Source of the DNA: an uncultured virus (IMG/VR IMGVR_UViG_3300044727_000045)
Taxonomy: Duplodnaviria > Heunggongvirae > Uroviricota > Caudoviricetes
Direction: 5' to 3' (one strand)
IMG/VR virus record: IMGVR_UViG_3300044727_000045
DNA: 32,112 bases
Positions 23,823 through 32,049 of the stretch are shown here, piece after piece. A program made the position numbers and the translations under genes. The stretch's first letter is position 1. The number at the start of each line of letters is the position of its first letter. Below the pieces are notes generated by a model. The model had not been told where the DNA came from and did not search any database. It saw nothing but the letters and a program-made list of their open reading frames with translations.

Positions 23823-25337
23823 GTGAGCAACGTGGCATTTACGCTTAGTCCGCAACAGGTAGAGATAATGAGGGTGTGCCAGCACGAACGCTGCCATCTC
23901 ATTATTGAAGCCCTTGCGGGCACAGGCAAGACCACTACCATTCTGGAGGCCTTGAAGGTACTCCCGCGTGGGTTGAAAGTGGCTTTTGTCTGTTTCAACA
24001 AGACCATTGCAACGGAGTTGCAGGGTCGGGTACCACGCGGTGTGCGAGCGGCGACGCTGCACAGTCTTGGTGGAAATGCAGTAGTAACTCACACCAAGAA
24101 GTCTTGGCGTGAGATAATGGACCAAGACAAGGTGGCTAAGATGCTGCCGCCAATGGCTGCTCCAGCAGTGAGAAGTGCCACACTCAAGCTAGTGTCTCTG
24201 TGCAAGAACACACTGACCGACCCCACCCAAGAAAATCTGGTGGGGCTGGCTGCGAGCTATGGTATCGAACTGGAAGAGAGCGCCAAGGTAATCGGCAATC
24301 TGGTACGAATGTGCCTTGAGAAAAGCAAGTCGGACCTCACAACCATCGACTTCGACGACATGATTTATCTCCCTGTCGCCCTGGGGTTGCCTGTTGAGAA
24401 GTTCGATGTGTTGTTTGTCGATGAGAGCCAGGACCTGAACAGGGCACAGCAAGAGCTTGTTCTCATGTCTGGCGCACGCGTTATCCTCGTTGGTGACAAG
24501 CACCAGGCTATCTACAGGTTCAGGGGTGCGGATGCGCATAGCATGGAGAACATGCGTGCGATGCTAGAGGCAACTGGCCTCGAGACCAAGGTACTGCCCC
24601 TAACTGTCACGCGCCGATGCCCACCTACTGTGGTAGAACTAGCACAGTCAATTGTGCCAGAGTTTGAGTGCGTGCCTGACCTGTGGGCACAGTATCAGGG
24701 CTGGAAAGCCAGTGGTGCTGAGGGCGAGCCACCCCTTGAGTATGGCATGGTCGTACAGAATAGCAGCATGGAGTTTATGCGGTCACACATGGTGTTGTGT
24801 CGTACGAATGCCCCGCTTATCAGCGCGGCCTACGGGTTGATTGCCAACAACATCCCCGTGAAAGTACAGGGCCGAGAGTTTGGCCAGGACTTGGCCAAGC
24901 TCATCAAACGAATGGCTGCACCCCAGGATACCGTGGTTGAGCTGGGAACACGCATGTCGGAATGGCGTGCCAAAGAGACAGCCCGCTTGACTGCTGACCC
25001 AACCAAGGCAATCAGCAACGAGGCCAAGCTTCAGGTACTGGCAGACAAGTGTGATTGCATTGATGCACTGTGCCAGGGTATGACAACAGTGCAGGAAGTG
25101 CTTGACCGCATACAGCTAATCTTTGCTGATGTGCAGGCAGGTACTGACAAAACGAAGTTTGTGCTGCTGTCTAGTGTGCATCGGGCCAAGGGACTAGAGG
25201 CCAACATGGTGCACATTATCAGGCCTGACCTGATGCCACACCCTATGAGCACAACCGATGAAGAGCTTGTACAAGAACGCAATCTCCAGTATGTAGCGTA
25301 CACGAGAGCTATCTCGGAACTGCACATACATCCCTAA
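23823..25337 (+). CDS. UvrD/Rep-like superfamily 1 helicase
   Basis: ALAGTGKTTT, FNK, TLHSLG, DFDDMI, VDESQD, VGDKHQAIYRFRGAD, TRRCP, LCRTNA, SVHRAKGLEA, YVAYTRA. Confidence 0.93.
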   Translation: MSNVAFTLSPQQVEIMRVCQHERCHLIIEALAGTGKTTTILEALKVLPRGLKVAFVCFNKTIATELQGRVPRGVRAATLHSLGGNAVVTHTKKSWREIMDQDKVAKMLPPMAAPAVRSATLKLVSLCKNTLTDPTQENLVGLAASYGIELEESAKVIGNLVRMCLEKSKSDLTTIDFDDMIYLPVALGLPVEKFDVLFVDESQDLNRAQQELVLMSGARVILVGDKHQAIYRFRGADAHSMENMRAMLEATGLETKVLPLTVTRRCPPTVVELAQSIVPEFECVPDLWAQYQGWKASGAEGEPPLEYGMVVQNSSMEFMRSHMVLCRTNAPLISAAYGLIANNIPVKVQGREFGQDLAKLIKRMAAPQDTVVELGTRMSEWRAKETARLTADPTKAISNEAKLQVLADKCDCIDALCQGMTTVQEVLDRIQLIFADVQAGTDKTKFVLLSSVHRAKGLEANMVHIIRPDLMPHPMSTTDEELVQERNLQYVAYTRAISELHIHP

Positions 25338-25360
25338 ACGCCAGTGTGCTACAATGTGGC

Positions 25361-25792
25361 ATGAGCAGGTTCCATGTGTGGCGTTTCTTCTCTAAGGTTA
25401 GCATCCGAGGAGATTGTTGGATTTGGACTGGGCACGTAGTGGATGGATATGGGTACCTGAGAGTGCATGGTAAGAGTATGCGTGCCTCCAGGTATTCATT
25501 TGCTCTCCACTATGGATACCTTCCAAAGGGAAGAAAGATCTGCCACACCTGTGATGTCAGAAGATGTGTTAGACCAGAACATTTGTATGTCGGTACCGAT
25601 GCAACCAATGCCATGGATAGAAATGTTCGCGGTAGGAGTGCATCAGTGTTGACTAGAGAAGTGGTGGATAGACTACCTATAATCAAGCGCCGCACGCGCC
25701 TGACTGATGCTCAGTTGGCAACAATCTATGGTGTCAATCAAAGCACTATATCAAGAGCTATCAATGGCTCTCGTTGGGGATGGAGAACATGA
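25361..25792 (+). CDS. HNH homing endonuclease with C-terminal HTH
   Basis: CWIWTG..DGYG..ICHTCDVRRCVRPEHL..GT...N..D; HTH LATIYGVNQSTISRAI; TACAAT 5 nt before ATG. Confidence 0.9.
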   Translation: MSRFHVWRFFSKVSIRGDCWIWTGHVVDGYGYLRVHGKSMRASRYSFALHYGYLPKGRKICHTCDVRRCVRPEHLYVGTDATNAMDRNVRGRSASVLTREVVDRLPIIKRRTRLTDAQLATIYGVNQSTISRAINGSRWGWRT

Positions 25793-25953
25793 GCGAAAAT
25801 CTAACACCTATGCAGAGAGAATATCTGGATAAAATGATAGCAGAATATGGTGTTGAATACACCAAAGAATTTCTGCGTCGCATGGCCCTGTATCTAGGTA
25901 CAGATGAGGAACGTGCAAGTCTCCGTGGCTTGCCTCCATTGGAGCACCCATGA
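25789..25953 (+). CDS. 54-aa hypothetical protein
   Basis: MSENLTPMQREYLDK...PPLEHP*; ATGA coupling at both ends. Confidence 0.6.
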   Translation: MSENLTPMQREYLDKMIAEYGVEYTKEFLRRMALYLGTDEERASLRGLPPLEHP

Positions 25954-26162
25954 GCCTACCTCCTGATACCAAGTATAAGGTAGCTCACGCTCTAACGGCG
26001 TTGGCTACCGACGGCCTTGAGCGCATGCTTATCAACATGGACATGGATCTACTTGAGCTTGAAGTCAAGAGTGTTGACAGGCTGTACTTCACTATCAGGA
26101 TTAGGCCCAATGGAGGCGGTGCACCAAGGCACATCGCCGTGCGTATCAGTGAACCCTGGTAG
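25950..26162 (+). CDS. Hypothetical protein
   Basis: SD GGAG; ATGA coupling. Confidence 0.6.
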   Translation: MSLPPDTKYKVAHALTALATDGLERMLINMDMDLLELEVKSVDRLYFTIRIRPNGGGAPRHIAVRISEPW

Positions 26163-26163
26163 A

Positions 26164-26230
26164 TTGCCTGCTAGATAGTCTAACTGGCATACTGTGCATG
26201 GCGCACCAAAAGGTGCGCATAGGAGTGTGA
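26164..26230 (+). promoter_or_regulatory. Repeat-class promoter plus hairpin plus RBS
   Basis: TTGCCT-N18-CATACT; AGATAGTCT; GCGCACC..GGTGCGC; AGGAGTGT. Confidence 0.8.
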
Positions 26231-26231
26231 C

Positions 26232-26543
26232 GTGGCAAAGAGAAACATTTACCGTACCGCCGTTGAGATTCAGAACGCCAGTAACCCTAACGGGGTTATC
26301 CACACTCTGCATGAGGAAGTCATGCCAGCAGTGCGAGAAGAGCCTGGTTATCGCGAGCAGGGTACCAAGTATCTGGAGAGCCACCCTGCGCTTGTCTTGT
26401 TCATGTACAAGTTGAGCGAGATGTTTGGCATCCTGTGCCTGAGCAGTGACAGTGTCAACCGCTACGGGGACATGGAGGACGAGTGTCTCAAGCGGGCCAA
26501 GATCGAAGAGGACCTCCAAGCCTTTGTGGATGCCATTCTCTAA
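26232..26543 (+). CDS. Hypothetical protein
   Basis: Cassette RBS. Confidence 0.65.
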   Translation: MAKRNIYRTAVEIQNASNPNGVIHTLHEEVMPAVREEPGYREQGTKYLESHPALVLFMYKLSEMFGILCLSSDSVNRYGDMEDECLKRAKIEEDLQAFVDAIL

Positions 26544-26544
26544 T

Positions 26545-26754
26545 ATGGACAGCCAGACAGAGCAGGATTGTGTCCGAGATGTGCGCCGTGTCGTGCGGCG
26601 CATGCTCGCTTCAGGCATGAACAGCGAAGACGTCAAGATGTGGTTTGTGAACAATCTGCCAGCTACACTGCGTCAAGCGGCTCTACTGCCGCGATTGCCC
26701 CCAAGACAGTCCAAGCGGCATAATGTGCCTGCCACACCCAGGCATGGCACATAA
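26545..26754 (+). CDS. Hypothetical protein; tail reads through the next promoter
   Basis: ATG 26545 just after the upstream stop. Confidence 0.45.
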   Translation: MDSQTEQDCVRDVRRVVRRMLASGMNSEDVKMWFVNNLPATLRQAALLPRLPPRQSKRHNVPATPRHGT

Positions 26755-26768
26755 GAAACAGGAGTGTA
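26695..26768 (+). promoter_or_regulatory. Repeat-class promoter plus hairpin plus RBS
   Basis: TTGCCC-N18-CATAAT; AGACAGTCC; AGGAGTGTA. Confidence 0.75.
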
Positions 26769-26769
26769 T

Positions 26770-26961
26770 ATGGCGGATACAAAGCCTTTCAGCGTTACCC
26801 TGCACCGTTGGCAGGGTCAGCGCACGCTGATTGGCCATTATCACGGTGCACCCATTATCCGGGATGTTACCGTACAGGGTAGCCTCAAGCTAGAGGCTGA
26901 GACACAGGCAGAGCTGGCTAGCATGGTGAGCATTGCCACCATCGATGGTTGGAGCAAGTAA
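26770..26961 (+). CDS. Hypothetical protein
   Basis: Cassette RBS. Confidence 0.6.
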   Translation: MADTKPFSVTLHRWQGQRTLIGHYHGAPIIRDVTVQGSLKLEAETQAELASMVSIATIDGWSK

Positions 26962-27248
26962 TGAACCGCAGAGTGCAAGGGCGGGTCAAGCAGGCCCGCA
27001 AGCGCGCCCAGAAGCGCATCGATATCCGGGCGGGACGGCGCATGAGCATGCAGCAGTTGATGCACAACATGCACACTCACACCGAACACGTTGAAGAGAC
27101 GCCTGTTGTGGTTGAGGGCACCCACGAGCTGGTCAACAAGGAGACGGGCCAGGTGCTCCAGCGCGGCACCGAGAGCCAGATGCGCAAGCAGCGTGCTCAG
27201 CTTGGTGCTGATAGCCACAGCGTGCGCAAGGTGAAGGTGGCCGTATGA
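26961..27248 (+). CDS. Basic hypothetical protein
   Basis: TAATG coupling. Confidence 0.6.
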   Translation: MNRRVQGRVKQARKRAQKRIDIRAGRRMSMQQLMHNMHTHTEHVEETPVVVEGTHELVNKETGQVLQRGTESQMRKQRAQLGADSHSVRKVKVAV

Positions 27249-27661
27249 CGGCCATCATTCCCGCCTCTGGTGACCACCTAGTGTATCGCCTGTACGTGGA
27301 GTACAGGCTGGCGGATGCGGCCCGTGAGCAGGCTTACGATGAGATGCTTACCCGCAGGAGCGACTACATCGAGTTGTACGGGCTGGACATGGATGCTGAC
27401 TACCGCAACCAGAACGATGCCATGTACAACCTGCTGAATGCCATCGACAACACGGACTGGGAGTTTTGGCAGTTTCACAACGCTGTCAACCAGCGATACA
27501 GCAACGCCGCTGAGGCTTTTGGTCGGGCCGTGGCAATTCCTGTTGACCAACTGCATGAGAGGTTTGGTGGTCACAACAAGGACCTGGTGACCATCGATTG
27601 GGCAGCCCACGAGACCGAGGGGCTGTACCAGCCTGAACGCTACACCAGCAAGGAGCAGTAA
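27245..27661 (+). CDS. Hypothetical protein
   Basis: ATGA coupling. Confidence 0.65.
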   Translation: MTAIIPASGDHLVYRLYVEYRLADAAREQAYDEMLTRRSDYIELYGLDMDADYRNQNDAMYNLLNAIDNTDWEFWQFHNAVNQRYSNAAEAFGRAVAIPVDQLHERFGGHNKDLVTIDWAAHETEGLYQPERYTSKEQ

Positions 27662-28122
27662 TGGGGACACGCGCGTTTATCCAGTTTCCAGTGTATACGT
27701 TTGTCGAGTCCAAGCTCGACAACGACGGCGCTTGGGTGCCAGTGTGGGGCGACAAAGAGGGAGACCTCTTTGTCTACACGCAGTACGACGGAGATACACT
27801 GCCCTGCCATCTACAGGTGGTTCTTCAGGAAGAACTCAAGCAGAAGTACCCACATGAGGTGCCTGCTACGGCGGAGCAAAAGCTGCTCCAGCTGGAGCCA
27901 CAGCGTGTTGTGGCACTGCTGGTCGAAGATCTCTATGCGGACAACGTTGCTGAGACCAGCACACGTATCTCACCCACTATGCCTAAGGAGGGCTTTCACC
28001 TTATCTGCGACCTGAAGGCGCAGACCATTACCTATGTGGACCGCGACAGGACTTTCCCACTGTCTCAGTGGGTTGGACGCGACACTGGCATCGTGTTTAC
28101 CTACGAGGAGAAGGAGGGCTAA
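27661..28122 (+). CDS. Phage hypothetical protein (MGTRA...Y..YDG type)
   Basis: SD GGAG; TAATG coupling. Confidence 0.65.
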   Translation: MGTRAFIQFPVYTFVESKLDNDGAWVPVWGDKEGDLFVYTQYDGDTLPCHLQVVLQEELKQKYPHEVPATAEQKLLQLEPQRVVALLVEDLYADNVAETSTRISPTMPKEGFHLICDLKAQTITYVDRDRTFPLSQWVGRDTGIVFTYEEKEG

Positions 28123-28387
28123 CGCTTTCCTTTTTCTTTGCCCATACTGGTCATGAAACATATGTGTTCCCACGAGTGTCGTAGCCTGCCTGTATTTGCG
28201 CATAGCGTTAGGGTGCTTGCGCGCGTACAAATGGGCCTACGAGGGCTAATAGAGCTGTCTTTTGGGCAGGTGCATATTGGGCAAATATGCGCCTTGCGCG
28301 CCAAAATCTGGCCGTCATAATTGATACACGATAAGAGACTATATATCCCTGATCCTTGGTTGTTGGATCTACAGTAGTCTAAGGGGG

Positions 28388-28560
28388 AACCCCTTGGGAC
28401 CATCTGGCTGGTATACTTTGCATGGCGCACCCGGTGCACCATATTAGAGCGTGATGCATCTAAACTGCGTTTGCCGCGCACTCAAGCGAGTGCAGCCTGG
28501 ATTGTCGGGCTGGCATAATGTGCATGGGCAAGCAGTGCCCAGGCAAGTGATAAGGGAGTG
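28388..28560 (+). promoter_or_regulatory. Two tandem repeat-class promoters, each with a hairpin
   Basis: GGACCATCT..TATACT (28412); GTGCAG-N18-CATAAT (28490-28519). Confidence 0.65.
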
Positions 28561-28566
28561 TATCTA

Positions 28567-28698
28567 ATGGGTAATGCGCTGAGTAATGCCAAGCTCAAGG
28601 CTTGGGCGGACGTTCGTGCGTACTGGAAAGCTTGCAAGTGCAAGGGCATCTGCGACGGGCTGCTGGATGCCGAGTACAATGCGGAGAACGTTGACTAG
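28567..28698 (+). CDS. 43-aa hypothetical protein
   Basis: RBS GGGAGTGTA; MGNALSNAKLKAWADV...ENVD*. Confidence 0.55.
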   Translation: MGNALSNAKLKAWADVRAYWKACKCKGICDGLLDAEYNAENVD

Positions 28699-29012
28699 TG
28701 GAGGGTGATACCGCACAGTGTGATATGTGTGGGGCCACGGATACGTCCGTGGTCTACAACAATGACAATGCCTGGCTCCCAGTGCTGGCGTGCAACAGCC
28801 TTCTCAGTCCAGCACTAGCACAGCTTGAATTTGGTGAGCCGCTGGTGCTGTGTGACGGCATCAACCACAGGCTGGACCCGTTCGATGCTCAAAGTGGCAT
28901 GGACTGCTACTGGTGGTATCAGGGTGGATACCCTAATGGCTGGATTTACTGGCAGGGTGACTGGCGCTGCGGTCCATGCGCCGTGGAAAGCATTTTCGGG
29001 GCCAGGGTTTAG
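28698..29012 (+). CDS. Cys/Trp-rich Zn-binding protein
   Basis: CDMC...CGPC. Confidence 0.55.
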   Translation: MEGDTAQCDMCGATDTSVVYNNDNAWLPVLACNSLLSPALAQLEFGEPLVLCDGINHRLDPFDAQSGMDCYWWYQGGYPNGWIYWQGDWRCGPCAVESIFGARV

Positions 29013-29031
29013 GAGAGTAGGTCTGGAGCAA

Positions 29032-29262
29032 ATGCAATTCGCGTACGAGATTGTGGAGTTTGGTACGGGCCGCATCTTAGGAGGCGGCCTTTCGGCACCT
29101 GGAAAATTTGGCACGGCCGAAGAGTTCATGACAAGGGAACGGGCTGAGCTTCAGGATCTACAACTTCAAGGCCAGATGCAGCCTGGTCTCACGTGGACAC
29201 TGCGTGAGATTTCAGTTGAAGCATACAAAGCAGACTGGATGCCTCCAGAGCATCAGCACTAA
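29032..29262 (+). CDS. Hypothetical protein
   Basis: SD GGAG. Confidence 0.55.
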   Translation: MQFAYEIVEFGTGRILGGGLSAPGKFGTAEEFMTRERAELQDLQLQGQMQPGLTWTLREISVEAYKADWMPPEHQH

Positions 29263-29264
29263 GA

Positions 29265-29340
29265 TTGTACCCCAGACTATCGGGCTGGCATACTTTGGGC
29301 AGGCCCACATGGGCCTAGGCTTATATGTCAATGGAGTGTA
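29265..29340 (+). promoter_or_regulatory. Repeat-class promoter plus hairpin plus RBS
   Basis: TTGTAC-N18-CATACT; AGACTATCG; AGGCCCA..TGGGCCT; GGAGTGTA. Confidence 0.75.
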
Positions 29341-29344
29341 TCGT

Positions 29345-29533
29345 ATGCAGTTTGTAGTGCGTCTGCACCTAACGCCCACGTCGCAGGACGTGGCGCAGTG
29401 CCACACCCGCCAAGAGTGGGAGCAGCGTGTGCTGGCGGTGTTGGAGCAGAACCGCCTGTTGTCGGGCTACCTTGAGCCCGAGGTGTGCTTGCTCGCCGAT
29501 ACGGCGTGGGAGGAGAGCCAGGCGGGCCGCTAG
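29345..29533 (+). CDS. Hypothetical protein
   Basis: Cassette RBS. Confidence 0.6.
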   Translation: MQFVVRLHLTPTSQDVAQCHTRQEWEQRVLAVLEQNRLLSGYLEPEVCLLADTAWEESQAGR

Positions 29534-29560
29534 CCCGCCTCTGGGGGGTGTCCCGTGGGA

Positions 29561-29632
29561 TTGCCCCCCAGACTATCTGGCTGGCATAATTTGGGCAGCG
29601 CACCAGGCGCTACGCTAGTGACTACGGGAGTG
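29561..29632 (+). promoter_or_regulatory. Repeat-class promoter plus hairpin plus RBS
   Basis: TTGCCC-N18-CATAAT; AGACTATCT. Confidence 0.75.
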
Positions 29633-29641
29633 AGAGTAACC

Positions 29642-29962
29642 ATGTTCGATGCAAGTGCCCTAGAGGGCTACACGCCAGAGCAGGCCGCGTACATCAAGCG
29701 ATACGCGGGTGGCCTGCTGGTTTCCTGGACCAAAGAGCACATCGACAACCTAATTAGCCCGGACGTGGGTGATGGTTTCCACGCGCCTGAGGGCGTGTTT
29801 ACTTCCGAGGAACAGGAGTGGGCCGCGCACAGTGAAGTGCTCCAGGTGCTGGACACCTGGATGGATGGCCTGCTGGCCTATCTGGGGTTCAACCCGGGGG
29901 ACAATGTCCAATTGGTGGCAGAGAAGTACCCAACTCTGCCCCAAGGAGAATGTGGAGCGTAA
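29642..29962 (+). CDS. Hypothetical protein
   Basis: Cassette RBS. Confidence 0.6.
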   Translation: MFDASALEGYTPEQAAYIKRYAGGLLVSWTKEHIDNLISPDVGDGFHAPEGVFTSEEQEWAAHSEVLQVLDTWMDGLLAYLGFNPGDNVQLVAEKYPTLPQGECGA

Positions 29963-29963
29963 C

Positions 29964-30200
29964 ATGGCGCAACCGTGTCGTATTCTAACCGATGCAGAGG
30001 TGGCCGACGTGGCCACCTTCTCGGGGGTGCCAGCCCAGATTGTGGCTGAGCATTTGCAGGATCCTTACTATTGTGTCTGGCACGAGGAGAACGTGGTCGA
30101 CATGGATGGCCTGAAGGAGAAGGCCACACGGCTGTTCAGTTTCTGCACGTTTGACAGCAGCAAAAGTGAGACGCATTGCGTCCACCATCAGGGGGAGTAA
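29964..30200 (+). CDS. Hypothetical protein
   Basis: SD GGAG. Confidence 0.55.
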   Translation: MAQPCRILTDAEVADVATFSGVPAQIVAEHLQDPYYCVWHEENVVDMDGLKEKATRLFSFCTFDSSKSETHCVHHQGE

Positions 30201-30490
30201 TGGCTGAATGTGAGCGTGGGCACGAACTTATCAGAACTCCCCACGGTACTATGCAATGCGTGGAGTGTTTGACAATGCCTAAGGCTGAGTCTCCGCTTTC
30301 CGAAGCTCTGGCGCAATTGGTGCGCCAGGGTGATATGGGAGAGGTTCGCCGCTTCCTGTACCTGCTGCGTCAGGCCGAGTATATCATGGCGCATGATGTG
30401 CGCCAGTCGGGTGCACATATGGCTCCAGGGTGCCTCACCATGACGTGCGCTGCTTTCCCCACCTTCGAGGAATGGGATAAAGCTGGCTGA
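30200..30490 (+). CDS. Hypothetical Zn-binding protein
   Basis: CxxGH...CxxC; TAATG coupling. Confidence 0.6.
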   Translation: MAECERGHELIRTPHGTMQCVECLTMPKAESPLSEALAQLVRQGDMGEVRRFLYLLRQAEYIMAHDVRQSGAHMAPGCLTMTCAAFPTFEEWDKAG

Positions 30491-30591
30491 TGGACAAACT
30501 GGTTCTCGTCATGCTGCTGGCCGTGCTCGCGGTCGGCGGCCTGTATGGCTTTGACTACCTTGGTCACGTTGTGGCTACATTCCCACGCTGA
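30490..30591 (+). CDS. 33-aa membrane peptide
   Basis: MDKLVLVMLLAVLAVGGLYGFDYLGHVVATFPR*; TGATG coupling. Confidence 0.55.
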   Translation: MDKLVLVMLLAVLAVGGLYGFDYLGHVVATFPR

Positions 30592-30692
30592 AAATCTGGC
30601 GGGACCACAGTCTGCATGAAAGTAGACTTGTGGTCCTGGATCTACCTGTTTCCCGAACGTTGTGTCCGGGACGCAGGCAGCTTCAGAGCCAT

Positions 30693-30885
30693 GTGCACAA
30701 GGGATTATCTAACTGGCATACTTTTGCCATGCAGGGTAGGGTTAAGATAGTCGGGTGCCCCAAACCCTACGTTCGGCCCACATTCGCCACAGATGGCACC
30801 ACAGACAATCTACATGGCATACTTTGGCATGCGCAAGCCAACACCCCAAAGCCCGACAGGGCAACCAGGCGCGCATATGGAGTGC
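30693..30885 (+). promoter_or_regulatory. Two tandem repeat-class promoters 101 nt apart
   Basis: GTGCAC-N18-CATACT (GGATTATCT) and TGGCAC-N18-CATACT (AGACAATCT). Confidence 0.7.
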
Positions 30886-30896
30886 AACACCGTCTA

Positions 30897-31259
30897 ATGC
30901 CGCAATACCACGGCGTCATGTTTCGAATGGCCAGGGGCGACAACCCCTGGCATGCCCCGATGGCCGAGCTATGGACCACCGATATGGTCAAGTACCTGGG
31001 TTGGGTCGACCGTATGGAGAGCCAGGGCTACGTAGAGGCCGCTGAGCACGAGCAACACATTGCCATGCTGCGTGCAATGAGTAAAAAGCGGCAGGCCGAC
31101 CTGAGCAAGCCGTACAACCCCACCCCTGAGCAGGTGGCCGCAGATAGGGCCAATCGCCCAAGCGGCAAGGGCCAGAAGCCCATGCCCAAGCCCACCCGTG
31201 ACTACAGGGGCACGGCGATGCCCAAGGGTGAGTGGCAGCCAGTCCGCACCAAGTGGTGA
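30897..31259 (+). CDS. Hypothetical protein
   Basis: ATG 30897 after GGAGTG. Confidence 0.6.
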   Translation: MPQYHGVMFRMARGDNPWHAPMAELWTTDMVKYLGWVDRMESQGYVEAAEHEQHIAMLRAMSKKRQADLSKPYNPTPEQVAADRANRPSGKGQKPMPKPTRDYRGTAMPKGEWQPVRTKW

Positions 31260-31302
31260 GAAGCGGGGGCCGTCTGGCCCCCATACCCAAAGGAGTGTAA
31301 CT

Positions 31303-31515
31303 ATGGAAAAGTTGGTGGCCGTTCGAGCGTGGACGCCAGGTGCTGACTGGCACCTGGTCCCCGAGCAGTACCGCCTGGACCTGGCCGTGTCCATGTGCGG
31401 CGTCAACAACGGCGAGAGCTGGGACGTGCACAACCCGCAGTACGACGTGCGCGGGGACGGCAGCAAAATCTGCACGCCTTGCCTCAGGGCCGTGCTGGTG
31501 GCGAGGGGAGAGTAG
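31303..31515 (+). CDS. Hypothetical Zn-binding protein (H...CG...CxxC)
   Basis: RBS AAGGAGTGTA. Confidence 0.6.
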   Translation: MEKLVAVRAWTPGADWHLVPEQYRLDLAVSMCGVNNGESWDVHNPQYDVRGDGSKICTPCLRAVLVARGE

Positions 31516-31676
31516 TGGCCGACAAAGAGTGCACCGCGTGTGGTTGGGATGGGACGCTAACGCGTCTCCCCTGCCCCACCTGCGAGATTGAGAACTGGTA
31601 TTGTAGCGATTGCCATGCGGTCGGCAGGGCGTTCAACTGCGGGCCGTGCCATGACCTGGAGGGTATTGAATACTGA
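31515..31676 (+). CDS. Small protein with four CxxC motifs
   Basis: CTAC, CPTC, CSDC, CGPC. Confidence 0.6.
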   Translation: MADKECTACGWDGTLTRLPCPTCEIENWYCSDCHAVGRAFNCGPCHDLEGIEY

Positions 31677-31843
31677 TGCAGCCAAGCGAGTGGGAGCTGC
31701 TGCTTCTCTGGGTTGCGGCCCAGATTTGCAAGCGTTTCGGGCATATGTACCAGCAAGACGTGGAAGTGTTCACCCAGGATACTGGCTACGAAGGGTTCAT
31801 TTGCACGCGCTGCGACCTGGAGTGGGGGAACACGTACTACTGA
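31676..31843 (+). CDS. 55-aa protein with C..FGH...CxRC
   Basis: TGATG coupling at both ends. Confidence 0.55.
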   Translation: MQPSEWELLLLWVAAQICKRFGHMYQQDVEVFTQDTGYEGFICTRCDLEWGNTYY

Positions 31844-32049
31844 TGTTGGTGAAAATTATCGTAGGGGGAGCCATTGTGATTGGCTCCCTAGTACTGTTCG
31901 GGCCAGTGGGACTGGTGTTTGCCGTGATTGGCGCACTGGTCATGGGCTGGTTTTTCAGTGGTGACAACATGACTGCTGAGCAAAAGCAGTCTCACAACAA
32001 CGACGTGAAAGAAGCGTTTTACGATATATTCGGGGCCAACAAAAAGTGA
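31843..32049 (+). CDS. Small membrane protein
   Basis: Two hydrophobic segments. Confidence 0.6.
   Translation: MLVKIIVGGAIVIGSLVLFGPVGLVFAVIGALVMGWFFSGDNMTAEQKQSHNNDVKEAFYDIFGANKK

Noticed and set aside
30630..30896. Upstream extensions of track ORFs (30630, also 29204, 29555, 16601, 21722, 19193)
   Set aside because: They run through promoters or terminators; downstream ATGs with an RBS or coupling are better starts
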